Part shown: piece by piece, positions 13,125 to 25,294 of the stretch | Numbering within the stretch: position 1 is the stretch's first letter | Layout of the letters: each line of letters opens with the position of its first letter | Assembly (NCBI GenBank): GCA_030390025.1 | Contig: JASTWF010000332.1 | Coordinates: 372,001-436,000 of the forward strand | Length of the DNA stretch: 64,000 bases | DNA from: Squalus acanthias | Taxonomy: Eukaryota | Reading direction: 5' to 3' | Made by a program: the position numbers and the translations under genes | The notes under the pieces: generated by a model | What the model saw: the letters and a program-made list of their open reading frames with translations, nothing else | Databases searched by the model: none | Told to the model about the DNA's origin: nothing

Positions 13125-13550
13125 AGAAGACCATTTTGGACCGTCGCCGAAGCCCTTCAGCGATCTCCCCTCAGCCTTGATGACCGATGGCGAAATGCTT
13201 GGAAGAACTGTGACATACGGAACGGATTCCTTATAGAGGACCCCACAGTACAACCTGAAGGATCAAACCTTCCTCGCAAACAGTGGACAACCATCAACAG
13301 CCTCAGAACTGGTCATGGTAGATGCTGCCACCTTCTCCATAGATGGAAGATGAAAGCATCCCCATCATGCGACTGTGGAGCTCCTAATCAGACCCTGGAG
13401 CACATCATTGAGCGCTGCCCTCAGAGGAAATTCACAGGCAGCCTACAAGATATCCACGCTGTTACACCGGAAGCTTTGACATGGATATCTGACTTAGATA
13501 TTGACATTTGATTTGCTTTGCTCCTACCATAGGAAAGAAGAAGAAGAAGA
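13125..13550 (+). mobile_element. 3' fragment of a non-LTR retrotransposon with C-terminal CCHC knuckle (I-group, Ingi/Vingi-like; clade uncertain)
   Basis: Open frame ...INSLRTGHGRC...CDCGAPNQTLEHIIERCP..., stop at 13511, short UTR and (GAA)n tail; sits inside a degenerate antisense SINE (about 12850-13640). Confidence 0.7.
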
Positions 13551-14529
13551 CCATAGTCAGGTATCAACGTAGATTATGCACTGAGGTTCTGATGTTTAGG
13601 TTAAACCCACAAACCTCTGACCCAGAGGCAAGGACGCTATTTAAGGTAAATAAAAAATGAAAAACACCAAATAATCATCAATTGCTGTTTTCTCTTGATA
13701 AATTGTTCTATCTTTGGGAATAATGTTTTCATTTCACAGATGTTTCAGAGTTGAAAACTAACAAGGATAATTTATATCTTACCATTGACAGTTTTTAAAT
13801 ACAGTAGCTGACACCTGTACAATATATTCATGTATTATCAAAAAATCTGAGGGAAAAGGAACGGTCATGGAAAAAATGAAATCACATCTGAAAGCGCAGA
13901 GTATACTAGCCACTTCAGTCATTTGAAAATACCAGTGTAATAATTCAGTCGCTCGTGAATTATGTTTTCCCACATCAGTTTAAACAATCTTTAGCAAATT
14001 ATTTTTTGATTATATTGTAAAGTTACTTCTGTGGCTAACAGATCATATTTTAACATGTGCAGCCATTTAAAAATAATAAATATACATTTAAAATGCCTTT
14101 AGCATTTTTGGGTCTGGTTTTGTTCAGTCCTCACCTTTAACGCTGCTAGCAACTGTCAAGCGCACTGCTTGTTGTTGATGAGTGAAGACAATCACAGTGG
14201 AGGTTTAATGACTGTGATGCTGGTACTGTATGTTTATCAAGAAATAATTTTCAGATGGTTTCCAGGAAACCCTATTATCTCCCTCCTATCAGGTCACAGC
14301 ACCATTATTCTGTACTACTTCTTCATCAGGTGCATTTTATTCTTTTATAGAGATTCAGATATGTACGCTGCTATTGACTTAAGTGCTACATCCCACATAT
14401 TCATTATGATTTAACATCTCTGGACTTACGAAACATTCTTCTGTGAGCAGCAAGATTGGCATTCACAGACACTGAATAGCTGACTGCCAGTGAAACCCAA
14501 CCACCAACACCGAATCGATTTTGAATAAA

Positions 14530-14838
14530 TCGGATGAGATGTTAAACCGAGGCCCCGTCTGCCCTCTCTGGTGGACGCTGAAGATCCCATGGCACTATAT
14601 TGAAGAAGAACGGCATAGTCCCGGCCAATATTTATCCCTCAGCCAACGCCAAAAACAGATGATCTGGTTATTAACACCTTGCTGTTTGTGGGACCTTGCT
14701 GTGCACAAATTGGTTGCCGCATTTCCTATATTACAACAGTGACTACACTTCAAAAAAAAAAGTACTTCATTGGCTGTAAAGTGCTTTGGGACGTCCTGCG
14801 GTCATGAAAGATGCTGTATAAATGCAAGTTCTTTCTTT
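14530..14838 (+). mobile_element. Deu-domain SINE (5'-truncated)
   Basis: GGATGAGATGTTAAACCGAGGCCCCGTCTGCCCTCTC core and family tail. Confidence 0.75.
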
Positions 14839-17478
14839 AGTACTAAAGGATCGGAGTCTCTATGGAGCAGTAGTAATACTACTTGAAGGACAGGGAAGAC
14901 TTCGATTTCAAGCCTGATTTTGTGAATTGGAAATCTGGTGCTCTACGATCTATACTTTATCACCCCAAATATTTAGGATAATTAGGATGCTTCACTACCA
15001 GCCAATGCAGTAAAACTGAAATAGTTTTCTTCCACTGATTTTAAGTAACAGAAAGTCGTCCGATTTAAAATGCAACCACTGTCAGCCACACTTTAGATAC
15101 CACACAAGGCGGGGAATGTGCTACGAGATGGGAATACACAAAGAGGGTGCAGGTGATATCAAACCACGAGGGGAAGCTTGAAGAGTTCATCAACATTATC
15201 AAAACCCTGAGACATATTGCGTCACTGAAGCACGTTCCACTCTGCTGCACGATGCACGGTAAAATAGGTAGAGGTCTGTTTCCGTTCACTTTTGATCAGT
15301 TACTTTTGCTGGCACCAGCAGTTGGCAACATGAGGGAACTATTAGGAGTGACATTTGTGATCAGCAAGAGTGACACATTTACAAATATGGTATTTTTTAG
15401 GAGTGATGTCACATTTTGAAGCACAATGAGTAACTGTCACTCCTCATGAATGGAGCATGGCAGGCCTGTAGATTTTATAATAAACTGCAAAAGACAACAG
15501 CCATCCTCCAACAAAGCCTGTGATTTGAACTTAAGTGCTACTTTATCATGTGATTTGAACTTTACTATGTTACAGGGAAGAGCCAACCATGTACAGATCC
15601 CAACGTAAATTAGTGTTTACCTGGGTGGCATAGTACAGAGAATGGCAGCTACCTGGGAATGTGTTACGCAGAGATTGGAATAGCGTACAGTGCATTATTG
15701 CAGAAGAATGAAAAAGGCAGCATCAATTATGAGTGGAAGCTTCAGCGGTCTACCAATGTCCTCCAGAAGTAGCTGGACTCGCATTCCAGCAACTATCATG
15801 CTTTGCAACAACCACGTGTACATATTCCCATGGTGTTGTTTGCAGGTGGCCATTTCTCAGATACTCCCTGTGGGAACGTGGTATAAACCGGCAAATCTAG
15901 GTAACTGCAGCTGTTTCAGAACCTTGAGATCAATCGCAAGGCAACTAGAGCTGCCTGCAAGATTTTGGATTCTGGTCAGAAGCCCCCACCTTAAAATGAT
16001 CGGCTTTTTTCCTCTCTTTTAATCTTAAAATGATTAATTTGCATCTATTAAAAAGTGACATTTTGAATGTCTGGAGTCTGATGCTAGACTTGTATAACTA
16101 GCAGATTTCCCATGGCATTGCTCACTAAGCCAGTTGCTATGCTGTTTTATAAGGACAGATGTGCTATACCATGTAAACACGAGCGTACGGACAGGTAAAG
16201 ACCCTTTGGTCTTTCGAGCCTGTCCCACACAATTGCGATACCTTGTGTATCACAATCTATACACTCCACCCCACCCGAAACCATGTGATCTCCTGGGAGT
16301 GGCAAAAAAAACAGAGAATGAAGTATTGTTCTGCTGTCCCAACGTGGCTGTGTCCTTTTAAGGACACAAAGTTTAATTTCTGTTTATTAAACTCTGGGTG
16401 AGATCAGCGTTTAATTGCTGATTAGATTAATACCTAGACTTTCTCTTTTTTAATATTCAAACAGTCATGCTCTGGATGTTCTTTCTCCTGTCTCAATTAA
16501 AATTACTTCTGTGGCTGGAAGGCTTTGCATAATCGGCATGACTAACTTTTTTTCTATGTCGTTTTCTTTTATGGTCTGCACTGAAATTTGAAGTGTGATG
16601 GAGAAGTGTAACAGACAGGAGATGCACGATTTTTATTATTATTAGACAATCTCCTGCAGCATTGCACATGGGGAGTCAGGACCAAGTGTAGTCATCAGGT
16701 AGGGTTAGAGGGCAGTGTATAATTGGACCATGATGTGCAGACCTAATTCTGTGTCCAATTTAAAGTTATACAGTACATTAATTGTTTTTTTTAATATTCT
16801 CATTATAAATTCCTATGTTCACATTTATAATGGAAACTATCTATGTAAACTTGTCGCATTATAATTACGGTGTCTCGGGTTCCGATTCCTATTTTACAGT
16901 TTTATGAAAATGAAGACATTTGCATATAAGCCAATCAACTAGAAAAAAAATTGCATATAACCAAATCAGACGAGAAGAAATTGCTTAGGATTTTACTTAT
17001 GGCTAACTATGGCAGATAGTGTGAGACAGGAAGTGTGACATGCAGGATATGCATGCTAGATGTACTGTCTTCATCTATAGCTATTCTATTTCAGCAAATT
17101 TGTCATGCTTTTTTGACCCTTCAGGATGTAAGGCTAGACAGCAGCAGGCTGTTGTGATCAAATGGCATAATTTGAATTGAGTGGTGTCGTACTATTGCAG
17201 CACAGTATTTTTGCGATTTATTATAAAGCAATTTATTATTTGGACAGGTAACTTACTTTGCCCCAGTGTTCATTATTTGTGTGAGAGGCTTGTTAGTAAG
17301 TGTCCACGGGGAGCTTCCGAGTCGAGGCCAATCCTGTCCACAGCTGATGTCCGCTTACATGCACTTCCAATAAGATACCAATCAGGAACTCTGGGCAATT
17401 TTCCCCTACCTAACCTGGGGCACTGAGATTGGTTGTAGCACCCTTACCGTTATCTTGGCTAAGATCAGCTAATTTCAC

Positions 17479-17780
17479 AGTCATAAAGTCATAGTCATTA
17501 CAGGCACAGAAGGAGGCCATTCGGCCTATCAAGTCTGTGCCGGCTCTCTGCAGAGCAATCCAGTCAGTCCCTATTCCCCCGCTCTATCCCCGTAGCCCTG
17601 CAAGTTTATTTCCCTCAAGTGCCTATCCAATTTCCTTTTGAAATCATTGATCGTCTCCGCTTCCACCACCCTCGTCGGCAGCGAGCTCCAGGTCATTACC
17701 ACTCGCTGCGTAAAAAAAGTACTTCCTCACTTCCCCCCTGTATCTCTTGCCCAAAACCTTAAATCTGTCTCCCCTGGTCT
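17479..17780 (-). mobile_element. CR1 LINE 3' end
   Basis: Microsatellite tail and 3' UTR motif (GGCACAGAAGGAGGCCATTCGGCC) on the reverse strand. Confidence 0.8.
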
Positions 17781-18593
17781 GGGGACTCAATGCGAGACGT
17801 TCCTCAGATACTCACTCGATAAGCCAATGGGCCAACATTTGCGATCGGAGGCTTCCCGCGGGCAGACGCCTCCGACTTGCAAAACTTCTACGAAAGTACC
17901 TGGTGGCCCGGGAAGATTGGCGTCTTGCACTCCTGGGCCTCTCCGGGTCCGCGGGGGCAGAGCCCCACGTATCCCAGGGGCGCAAGCGGTTCGTAGGCGC
18001 TCCTGGGATCACCTGGGCCGGCCCAACCAATAAAAGAAGAGAATCCCCATTTATACTTTTGACAGGTCCGTACGTACAGAACCGTCAAAAGTATGAATGG
18101 GGATCACTTAAAAAATACACCAACACATGAAATAAAAAAAGTTTAAATTACATATTTAAAATTAATTAAAATGCCATTTAATTAAATATTTTAACAAAAA
18201 TAAAAATTTGTTGAAAACTTTTAAAAATGTTTTTACGGGGCTAAAAATAAACTTACCTTTCTGAAGAATATTTTTAATTTATAAATGAGTGATAACATTT
18301 TATTTCTCTTTTTTAAAACTCTTATGCTGGTAAAGCAGGCCTTACACCTGCTTTTATCAGGCATAAGAATCTGACAGGCTTTCAGCGGGCAGAGGTTGTG
18401 CAAAAAGCGGAACACTCCACCCGCAGAGGCACTTCTCCTGGGCAGGCGGAGGATCTGTCTAGAGGATTCTTGACAGATCGCAAGTGCCGGGTTTCAGCGC
18501 GTGCACTTCGCATGCCTAAACCCGGCATTTTCGCGGCCCCTACGGACACGTACACACCTCGTACGCACCCGTAGGGGTCGCAAAATACGGCCC
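17781..18593. mobile_element. GC-rich non-autonomous DNA transposon (Harbinger-like MITE); left end not resolved
   Basis: Right terminus AAAATACGGCCC; subterminal hairpins related to 26945-27687; AT-rich core. Confidence 0.6.
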
Positions 18594-18631
18594 ATTGTCT
18601 CCGAGTTCTTTCTGATAACCTAAACAGGGCA

Positions 18632-18849
18632 TGATGTGGAGATGCCGGTGTTGGACTGGGGTGGACAAATGTGAGAAGGCGCACAACACCAGGTTATAGT
18701 CCAACAGTTTTATTTGAAATCACAAGCTTTCGGAGCGCTGCTCCTTCGTCATCTCTTCACTTCACCTGACGAAGGAGCAGCGCTCCGAAAGCTTGTGATT
18801 TCAAATAAAACTGTTGGACTATAACCTGGTGTTGTGTGACTTCTCACAT
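18632..18849. mobile_element. Palindromic Penelope-like insertion (family A)
   Basis: 83-bp inverted arms 18669-18751 and 18767-18849; 12-bp TSD CTAAACAGGGCA; CTGACGA...GAAA hammerhead-like core. Confidence 0.75.
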
Positions 18850-20207
18850 CTAAACAGGGCACACAGACTTTCCTCTTCGAACTGATAGAACAGTTTTCTT
18901 CTACAACAGCGCCCTCTTGTGCCTGTCAGCCTAACTACAAATTGTATTGCATTCTTGGAACAGGGCTATTTATCTTAATGCAAGTCAAATATTTCCAATC
19001 AAAGATACTCACAATTAAAGTTTTAATTGCTTTCTATTAGGTCATAATATACGGAAATAAAATCAAACCTTGTCTTACCTCGAGCTGATATCTTGAGACA
19101 TTTTATTTTGAAAAACTGGAAAATTTTCAAATAAATCCAAATCCCTGTAGTGTTTAGTGGGTGTTACCAGATTTCCTGGTAGTTTTTGTGTTGAAATTCA
19201 AAACTATTTGGCATTCCAGATTAAACACGTTGAATTGGCCTGGGATGCCACTCATTACAGTCTGACCGACACGGTTCGTCAGTTGAAGTTAGGGTAAGCT
19301 AAAATGCTATATTCCAGTCAAAATAATATTGCTTAAATAATGTGTCCCTAGTCATGTGGATGCCGGAGTCTCATCATGACTCTATGCACCACATTGAGAA
19401 GGAAGTTGTAAGTCATGCAATGCTGTTTGATGACCTACATCCCTCGGCCCTGTTGTGTCTTTTAGCACAGTACTTTGTGACAGTATTGTTACAGGAGTAG
19501 GAAAATTTGGGGACTTGTGTTCCAAATATGCAGGTTGTCTCAGCATGTGCCCTGGGTTAAAATCACCCTTGAAATCAGTTCTAAATACACTAACGTGATC
19601 CGGAACATATAACCTGGATTGCGTTTCGAAGGTTGGCCTTTGAGTCCAACAAAACAGGTTGGCCCACCGAGACCCCGCACATACTGTCACTACAACGTGC
19701 AGCCCATAATACCAAGACATTTGACAAAACTACAATACATGCATATATTCCCAGGTCGATTTACTGTTTTATTCACAGCCGTGTATTAACAATTCTCCAT
19801 TAATAAAAGTAATAAATGTACCTCATGCTCCATCTCCTGTCCAGAGTTAAACAAAATAGCTCCAACATCACTTCCATATGGCAATAAACATCTGTTGCCT
19901 TTTTTTATTGCCCTATAGAGGCTTTTGCTTCAGTTTAAAATACAATTCAGTGTACATTAATCTTCAAAATATATATACAATAAAGAATGAAACATTTATT
20001 TTGCAATCGTGCTAGAGATATTCCCCAAGAAGTATTTGAAGAACACATGAATTTATGTTGCTGTGTTTCAGAAGTGAATTGGAGTGAACCGATTTGTCAC
20101 AGTGAACCGACAGCGCCAACACATTCTCACAATGTTTTTCCAGCCATTGGATGCTTAAATTACATTCTGTGTATTTTTAGACTAATTCCAGTAATGAAGT
20201 TGATTAG

Positions 20208-20428
20208 AAAGAAAGTAAAAACGCGTACTTATACAGCACCTTTCACGGCCTCAGGATGTCTCAAAGCACTTTACAGCCAATGAAGTATTTTTGAAGTGGA
20301 GTCACTGTTGCCATGTAGGAAACGTGGCAGTCAATCTGTGCACAGCAAGCTCCCACAAACCGCAATGTGTTAATGGCCAGATAATCTGTTTTAGTGATGT
20401 TGGTTGAGGGATAAATATTGGCCAGGAT
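20208..20428 (-). mobile_element. SINE 3' half
   Basis: Reverse complement of the SINE tail and central domain. Confidence 0.7.
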
Positions 20429-21241
20429 TAAATAAGTATTTGCAATAGAAAGTACAAAGCTATAACATAAATCTGCAAGCCCATTGAGGATGCTTCATTT
20501 ATAACTTTTAGATCATTTCAATAAATTTGTGGGAATAACTTCAAAAATGTCAAGTGTCACAGGAGGGGTGAGGGACTTGTACTACGAATCTGGCCTGTTC
20601 TAATGGATATTCTGCATTGTGTTTCTACATTCATTACCTTTCTTTCTTCTACAGCCTCTCTCCCGCAATCAGAAATGAGAGTCAGCCAAGTGTGGTTAAA
20701 AACAACTTTTATTCACCATTGAACTGATTTCATCGTCAAGTTGGCAACACTACAGTTATCGAAGGAGCAGCGCGATAGAAAACAGACTTATTCTCGGCAA
20801 ACCAAGAGTCACAGATATTAAATAATCTGCTTTACAATTCCCGTCATGTTTCATGCATGTTTAGAGATACAAAATTATTCGAATACCTTTAGAGAGAGAA
20901 GCACCAGCGAGGCCTTTCCTGCAATTATCCAAGGAGCAATCTCTTCTATTGGGCTCAAGGGTAGGTTCTTGTAGCAAGAAGTAAAGCCCAAAATGTAAGA
21001 CAATATTCAATTAACTTGTATCTTTCCTTCTTCATGCAACAGCTCATTGCCACTATAGAGTTTCAGCTTAAATACAGGCCTGGGCTATTCACAAAGATAA
21101 GATCTTAAATGGGTGACCACTTACATTGTCAAACGTGTCCGCCACTGACCGAGGTGTTTTCCGGGGTCAGCTAATCTGCGTAGCAATTGAGAGAAATCTG
21201 CTGGACAATGGCCAGGAGCACAGAATGGGGAGTGGGAATTC

Positions 21242-21560
21242 GTGGCTGCAAGCACATTTAGAAGATTGAATGCAGAAGAGCAACAGCAGCCAGATGGAAA
21301 AGTTGGCCAAGCAAAAGGGAGTGGGGCGGGTTGCGGGGGTGACAGTGAGGAAAGGTCTGCAAATCTCACCGAGGGTGAACTGGAGGTATCGCCGACAGAA
21401 GTGAGGAGAAGGAGGGAAAAATAGTTTGGAGGAAAGGGGGAAGCGGCAGCTCTGCAGCAAAGTGGAAAGAGTTGGCACTGGGTGTCAGCGCCGCCTCCTT
21501 CAACCTCGTACAACACTTCACAGCCAGAAGAAATGTGATCCACTGGCAAGAATGGGCAGG
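21242..21560 (+). pseudogene. Degenerate Myb/SANT-like DNA-binding ORF of a Harbinger transposon
   Basis: RSANLTEGELEV..TEVRRRREK*FGG...KWKELALGVSAAS..PRT...SQKK, resembling Myb_DNA-bind_5; contains a stop and frameshifts. Confidence 0.6.
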
Positions 21561-21627
21561 GTAGGTCTCGACATCTGCTTTCGCCAGGAGACACCTGAGC
21601 ACCACTGTAGGTATTATAACTGTCACA

Positions 21628-21798
21628 GTGGGGGTTAGTGTCACTTTGGGCGCGGGCGGAAAGCTGGCAGTTGCGGGTGGGCCACCAGTTATACACCACG
21701 CACGACTTTCCATTCCATTGACGGGCGGGATGTATAACGGGCGGCCGATCCACTACCGCCCATTTTCCGCCTCCGCCCAAAGTGAACATTATCCCCCC
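21628..21798. repeat. Short palindromic MITE-like element
   Basis: Inverted arms CACTTTGGGCG...GGCGGAAA / TTTCCGCC...CGCCCAAAGTG; G-run and C-run termini. Confidence 0.65.
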
Positions 21799-22181
21799 CG
21801 ATTATCACAGAAACTGAATGCTATAAGTGGTGTCTTCACTATTCCCACACATACGTCGCACTGACCCTTCACACGGGGATATCCATGCAGTTAGTCTCAC
21901 TGGAATGTCCACAAGCTGCGGATTCATAGAAGATGTTATTGGTCACTGGCTGAAACATTCAAACCAAACCATTCTGGTCACAACATCAGCCTGTCCATCA
22001 CTGTCCATGTCTGCTCCATTGAACAGTTTTTTTTTGTTGCCTCTAACAATACTTACCTTCTCACATCAGAAGACGAGCACGGACAATGCAGGCGGAGAAT
22101 AGGAGGCTGTAGGTGGGGCCAGGTTTCATTAGGCCTTTGACACCCACCTTCATTGAAGAAGAAGCGATTTGGATCCCGAGG

Positions 22182-22398
22182 CCAGTGCAGTACCCCTGGA
22201 CTGCTGCAATGTCAGAGATGCCGTCTTTCGGATGAGATGTTAAACCAAGGCCCTATCCGGTGGAAGTAAAAGATCCCATTGCACTATACAAAGAGCAGGG
22301 CAGTTCTCCCTGGTGTCAAAAGTACTTTGTTGGCTGTAAAGCATTTTGGGTAGTCATGAGGTTGTGAAAGGCGCTACGTAAATGCAAGTCTTTCTTTA
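22182..22398 (+). mobile_element. Internally deleted Deu-domain SINE
   Basis: Core GGATGAGATGTTAAACC joined directly to the family tail. Confidence 0.7.
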
Positions 22399-22670
22399 TT
22401 GGTGACAGAGATGTAGGAGGGCCTGTGACAGCAGAGGGTTAGTCGCCCTATTCCAAACGAACAGACCTTTCATAGAACCTAACAACTGTGGAACAGCAGT
22501 CGGAAGCTGGTCTTAGTCAGGACCAGAGACACAGCCAGAGTTCAGTGAGAAGCTTGTCATGAGTGTTCCTTGAGAAACCACTTGTACAGAAGCAGCCAGC
22601 CAGTTCTTTCATTGCTGAGAGTAGTATGGCACCAAATAAATAAATCACTGTGGTGGGTAACAGTAGGGCT

Positions 22671-22889
22671 ATCATAGAACCATAGAATGACACAGCACAG
22701 AAGAGGCCATTCGGCCTATTGTGCCTGTGCCGGCTCTTTGATAGAGCTGCCCAATTAATCCCACTCCCCTGCTCTTTCCCCATAGCCCTGCAAATTGTTC
22801 CCCTTCAAGTATTTATCCAATTCCATTTTGAAAGCTATTATTGAATCTGCTTCCACCACCCTTTCAGGCAGTGCATTCCAGATCATAAC
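22671..22889 (-). mobile_element. CR1 LINE 3' end
   Basis: (CATAGAA)-type tail and conserved 3' UTR. Confidence 0.8.
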
Positions 22890-23757
22890 TGTTATAATAG
22901 TCCAATGATTGATTTGTCCTGATTAATGAATGAAGCAATATTTTTGGACACTCAAATCATGACAATTTCAGATTGGTTGGATAGCAGTCTCTACATAGAA
23001 TGGTACAACAGTGTGTCATATAATTGAGGATCTAAGGGATGTAGTCCATTTCATTTTTAGCGGAGCAACTTTTGGGCAGTTATTGGCAGGATTTTTATAT
23101 GTAATGCTTAATGCTCAGGTGAACTGGTCCCTGTTTCTGGAGGTCGGAGGTGGTTGTTCATCTCCCTGAATACGATTTGGACAACTTCAGCCGCTGCCTG
23201 TAATCTTACTCCTGGGGCTCCTGAACACCACCTCCTCTTGCCAGAGCCGGGTTATGAAGCATGTGGGACTCCACGATTAACCTGCAGGCCCATGAAGGGG
23301 ATTATTGCAAGGTTCCTCCTGACCAGTCCAGGCATCTGAAGCATAATTTCAGAATCCCGATGGTCTGCTCAATTAAGAGTCTGGTAAAAGTATGAGGCTT
23401 ATTGCAGCTCTCCTCGGTGTTGTCCTCTGGAAAGTGCACAGGAGCCATCAGCCACAGCTTAAGAGAGTATCCCTGGTCCCCCAACAACCAACCAGATGTA
23501 GACAGGACTCTCAAATATGCTGGAACTCTAGACTGCATAGAACAAAGGCATCATGGTAACCAGACATTTACATGCGTGATGCAGTGCTGGTGATCACAGA
23601 CAAGTTGAACATTGATGGAGGTCTTTCAAATCATATATAACACTGCATCAATGAAATAAGCACTTATAGCAATGTGGGTTCCATCATGGTACTCTGGGAA
23701 AGCCAACCATCCTGTAGAGGTCAACAGCCCTCTCATACTGCAATTCCAAGTCCATTG

Positions 23758-25294
23758 TGTAGGGGGTGGTGTGGTAGGGTCAGCTTCACCTAAGACTCAG
23801 TGAGCGGTTCGAATTGCTCCCACGCCCCTGGTTCTAGACCTTGGACTTATTTGGGGGTCGTGAACAAAGGTGCAGAAGACAACAGGTTTTAATGAAAGAA
23901 TTTCGATCTTTATTCAAGAAAGTAAAACACAACACACTCTTAACACTCTAAAGGTGGGGAACACTTCGGTACACGCGAGGGAAATAACATTAGAAGAATA
24001 GTCCAAAGATGTGCGGGTTAGGTTGATTTGGCTACGATAAATTGACCCTTAGTGATAGGGGGATTAAATACGTGGGGTTACGGGGATAGGGTGGGATATG
24101 TGTCGGTGCAGGCTCGATGGGCCGAAATGGCTCTATCTGCACTGTGGGGATTCTGTGATTCTGTGAATACTTCACCCCTCCCAATCCCACTTCACTAGCT
24201 AGGCTGGACTCTGGAGAACCAGGGATAATGCTCACCAAACGAATCCTTGACAGTTGAGAGTTAGGGTTTAGAGTCTTTTTGAGTAAAAGGTTTGTAAGGC
24301 CCTTGTTGCCGCGAGGTGTCCAATGGTCACTGAGGCAGTCGCTCTGGTCTCTTCTTGCGTGTCGGCCTACTTCTGGAGCTGTTGGCTTTCTTTGTTGAAC
24401 TGCTTTCTGTTTAAACTGTCTTCTTCCAAGCTGTGGAACTGCCTTCTTGCAGAACTGTGGAAACTGCCTTCTGCCTGCTTGTTGAACTTGAACTGTTTTA
24501 CTGGAGAACTGGAGAACTCCCTTCTTACTGAATTGTCTTCTTTAACTGCCCAACTTGCTTCTCCTGAACTTCTGTAATTCCAGCACTGACTTCTGCTGAA
24601 AACAGGCTTTCAAATTGAACTCCAAAACTGCAGAACTGCCTTCTGTTGAACTTGAACTGCTGTTACTGCTTTTTTTTTTGTTGAACTGCTTGATGGGCCT
24701 TCAATTATACTAAATTGAAGTGGCCTTATCAAAACCAAATCAAATCCCGGTCATTGTAAGACCTCGTTAACAGTAACGACTTTACTAGCGTGTTAACTGG
24801 TTTTGTAAATGTGTGAAGTGGTTTCAAGGTAGCTCCATCCTGTCAATCTGTTGTTTAATCGGAGTTTGAATTGTTCTCATGTTTTGGGTTTCTTGACTGG
24901 GCCTAGGACTTCGATCGAATATTTGCTTTATGCATGTCTTTAATGGGTTCTGTAATCAGTTTGATGGGACCTGTTGTTTTGGGTGGGGCTGTCTCCTCCT
25001 AGGGTCTATTGTCAAAATGTTAATGCTTGCTGGGGCTTGAGTGAGGTCATCCCGATTTCCCAGACAATACAATTTAACTGCAATACCCAAAACTGCTTTT
25101 GCAGAGGTCGAACCCAACTTCCTTCACAGCCTTTTCTCCCTTTACAGGCCCAGACATGCTTTTAAATGCCAAAACTTGGTTTTTGGTCTTACAGTCTCTT
25201 ATGTTAGGCCCAAATGCATTTTTATCACTCTGAGGTAGTTCCAAAGTCCTTTTTCCTTAGGTTTTGGGAATCTGCAAATTTTGAAAACCTTACA
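23758..25294 (-). mobile_element. Solo LTR (1537 bp; Gypsy or ERV)
   Basis: TGTAGG...CCTTACA termini; 4-bp TSD ATTG at 23754-23757 and 25295-25298; AATAAA on the minus strand near 23910 suggests orientation. Confidence 0.8.
24001..24165 (+). mobile_element. HE1-like SINE 3' part inside the LTR
   Basis: GTCCAAAGATGTGCGGGTTAGG...GATGGGCCGAAATGG...GATTCTGTGATTCTGTGA, CR1-type tail. Confidence 0.65.

Noticed and set aside
14255..15900. Chain of plus-strand exon-like segments (14255-14329, 15576-15604, 15846-15900)
   Set aside because: The joined frame is short, ends in a stop and resembles no protein I recognise; a non-coding transcript is possible but unsupported.
18632..18849. miRNA precursor or CRISPR-like repeat
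   Set aside because: TSD-flanked multi-copy mobile insertion in eukaryotic DNA; no repeat-spacer array anywhere in the window.
24323..24577. Leu-rich ORF
   Set aside because: By-product of low-complexity repeats inside the LTR.
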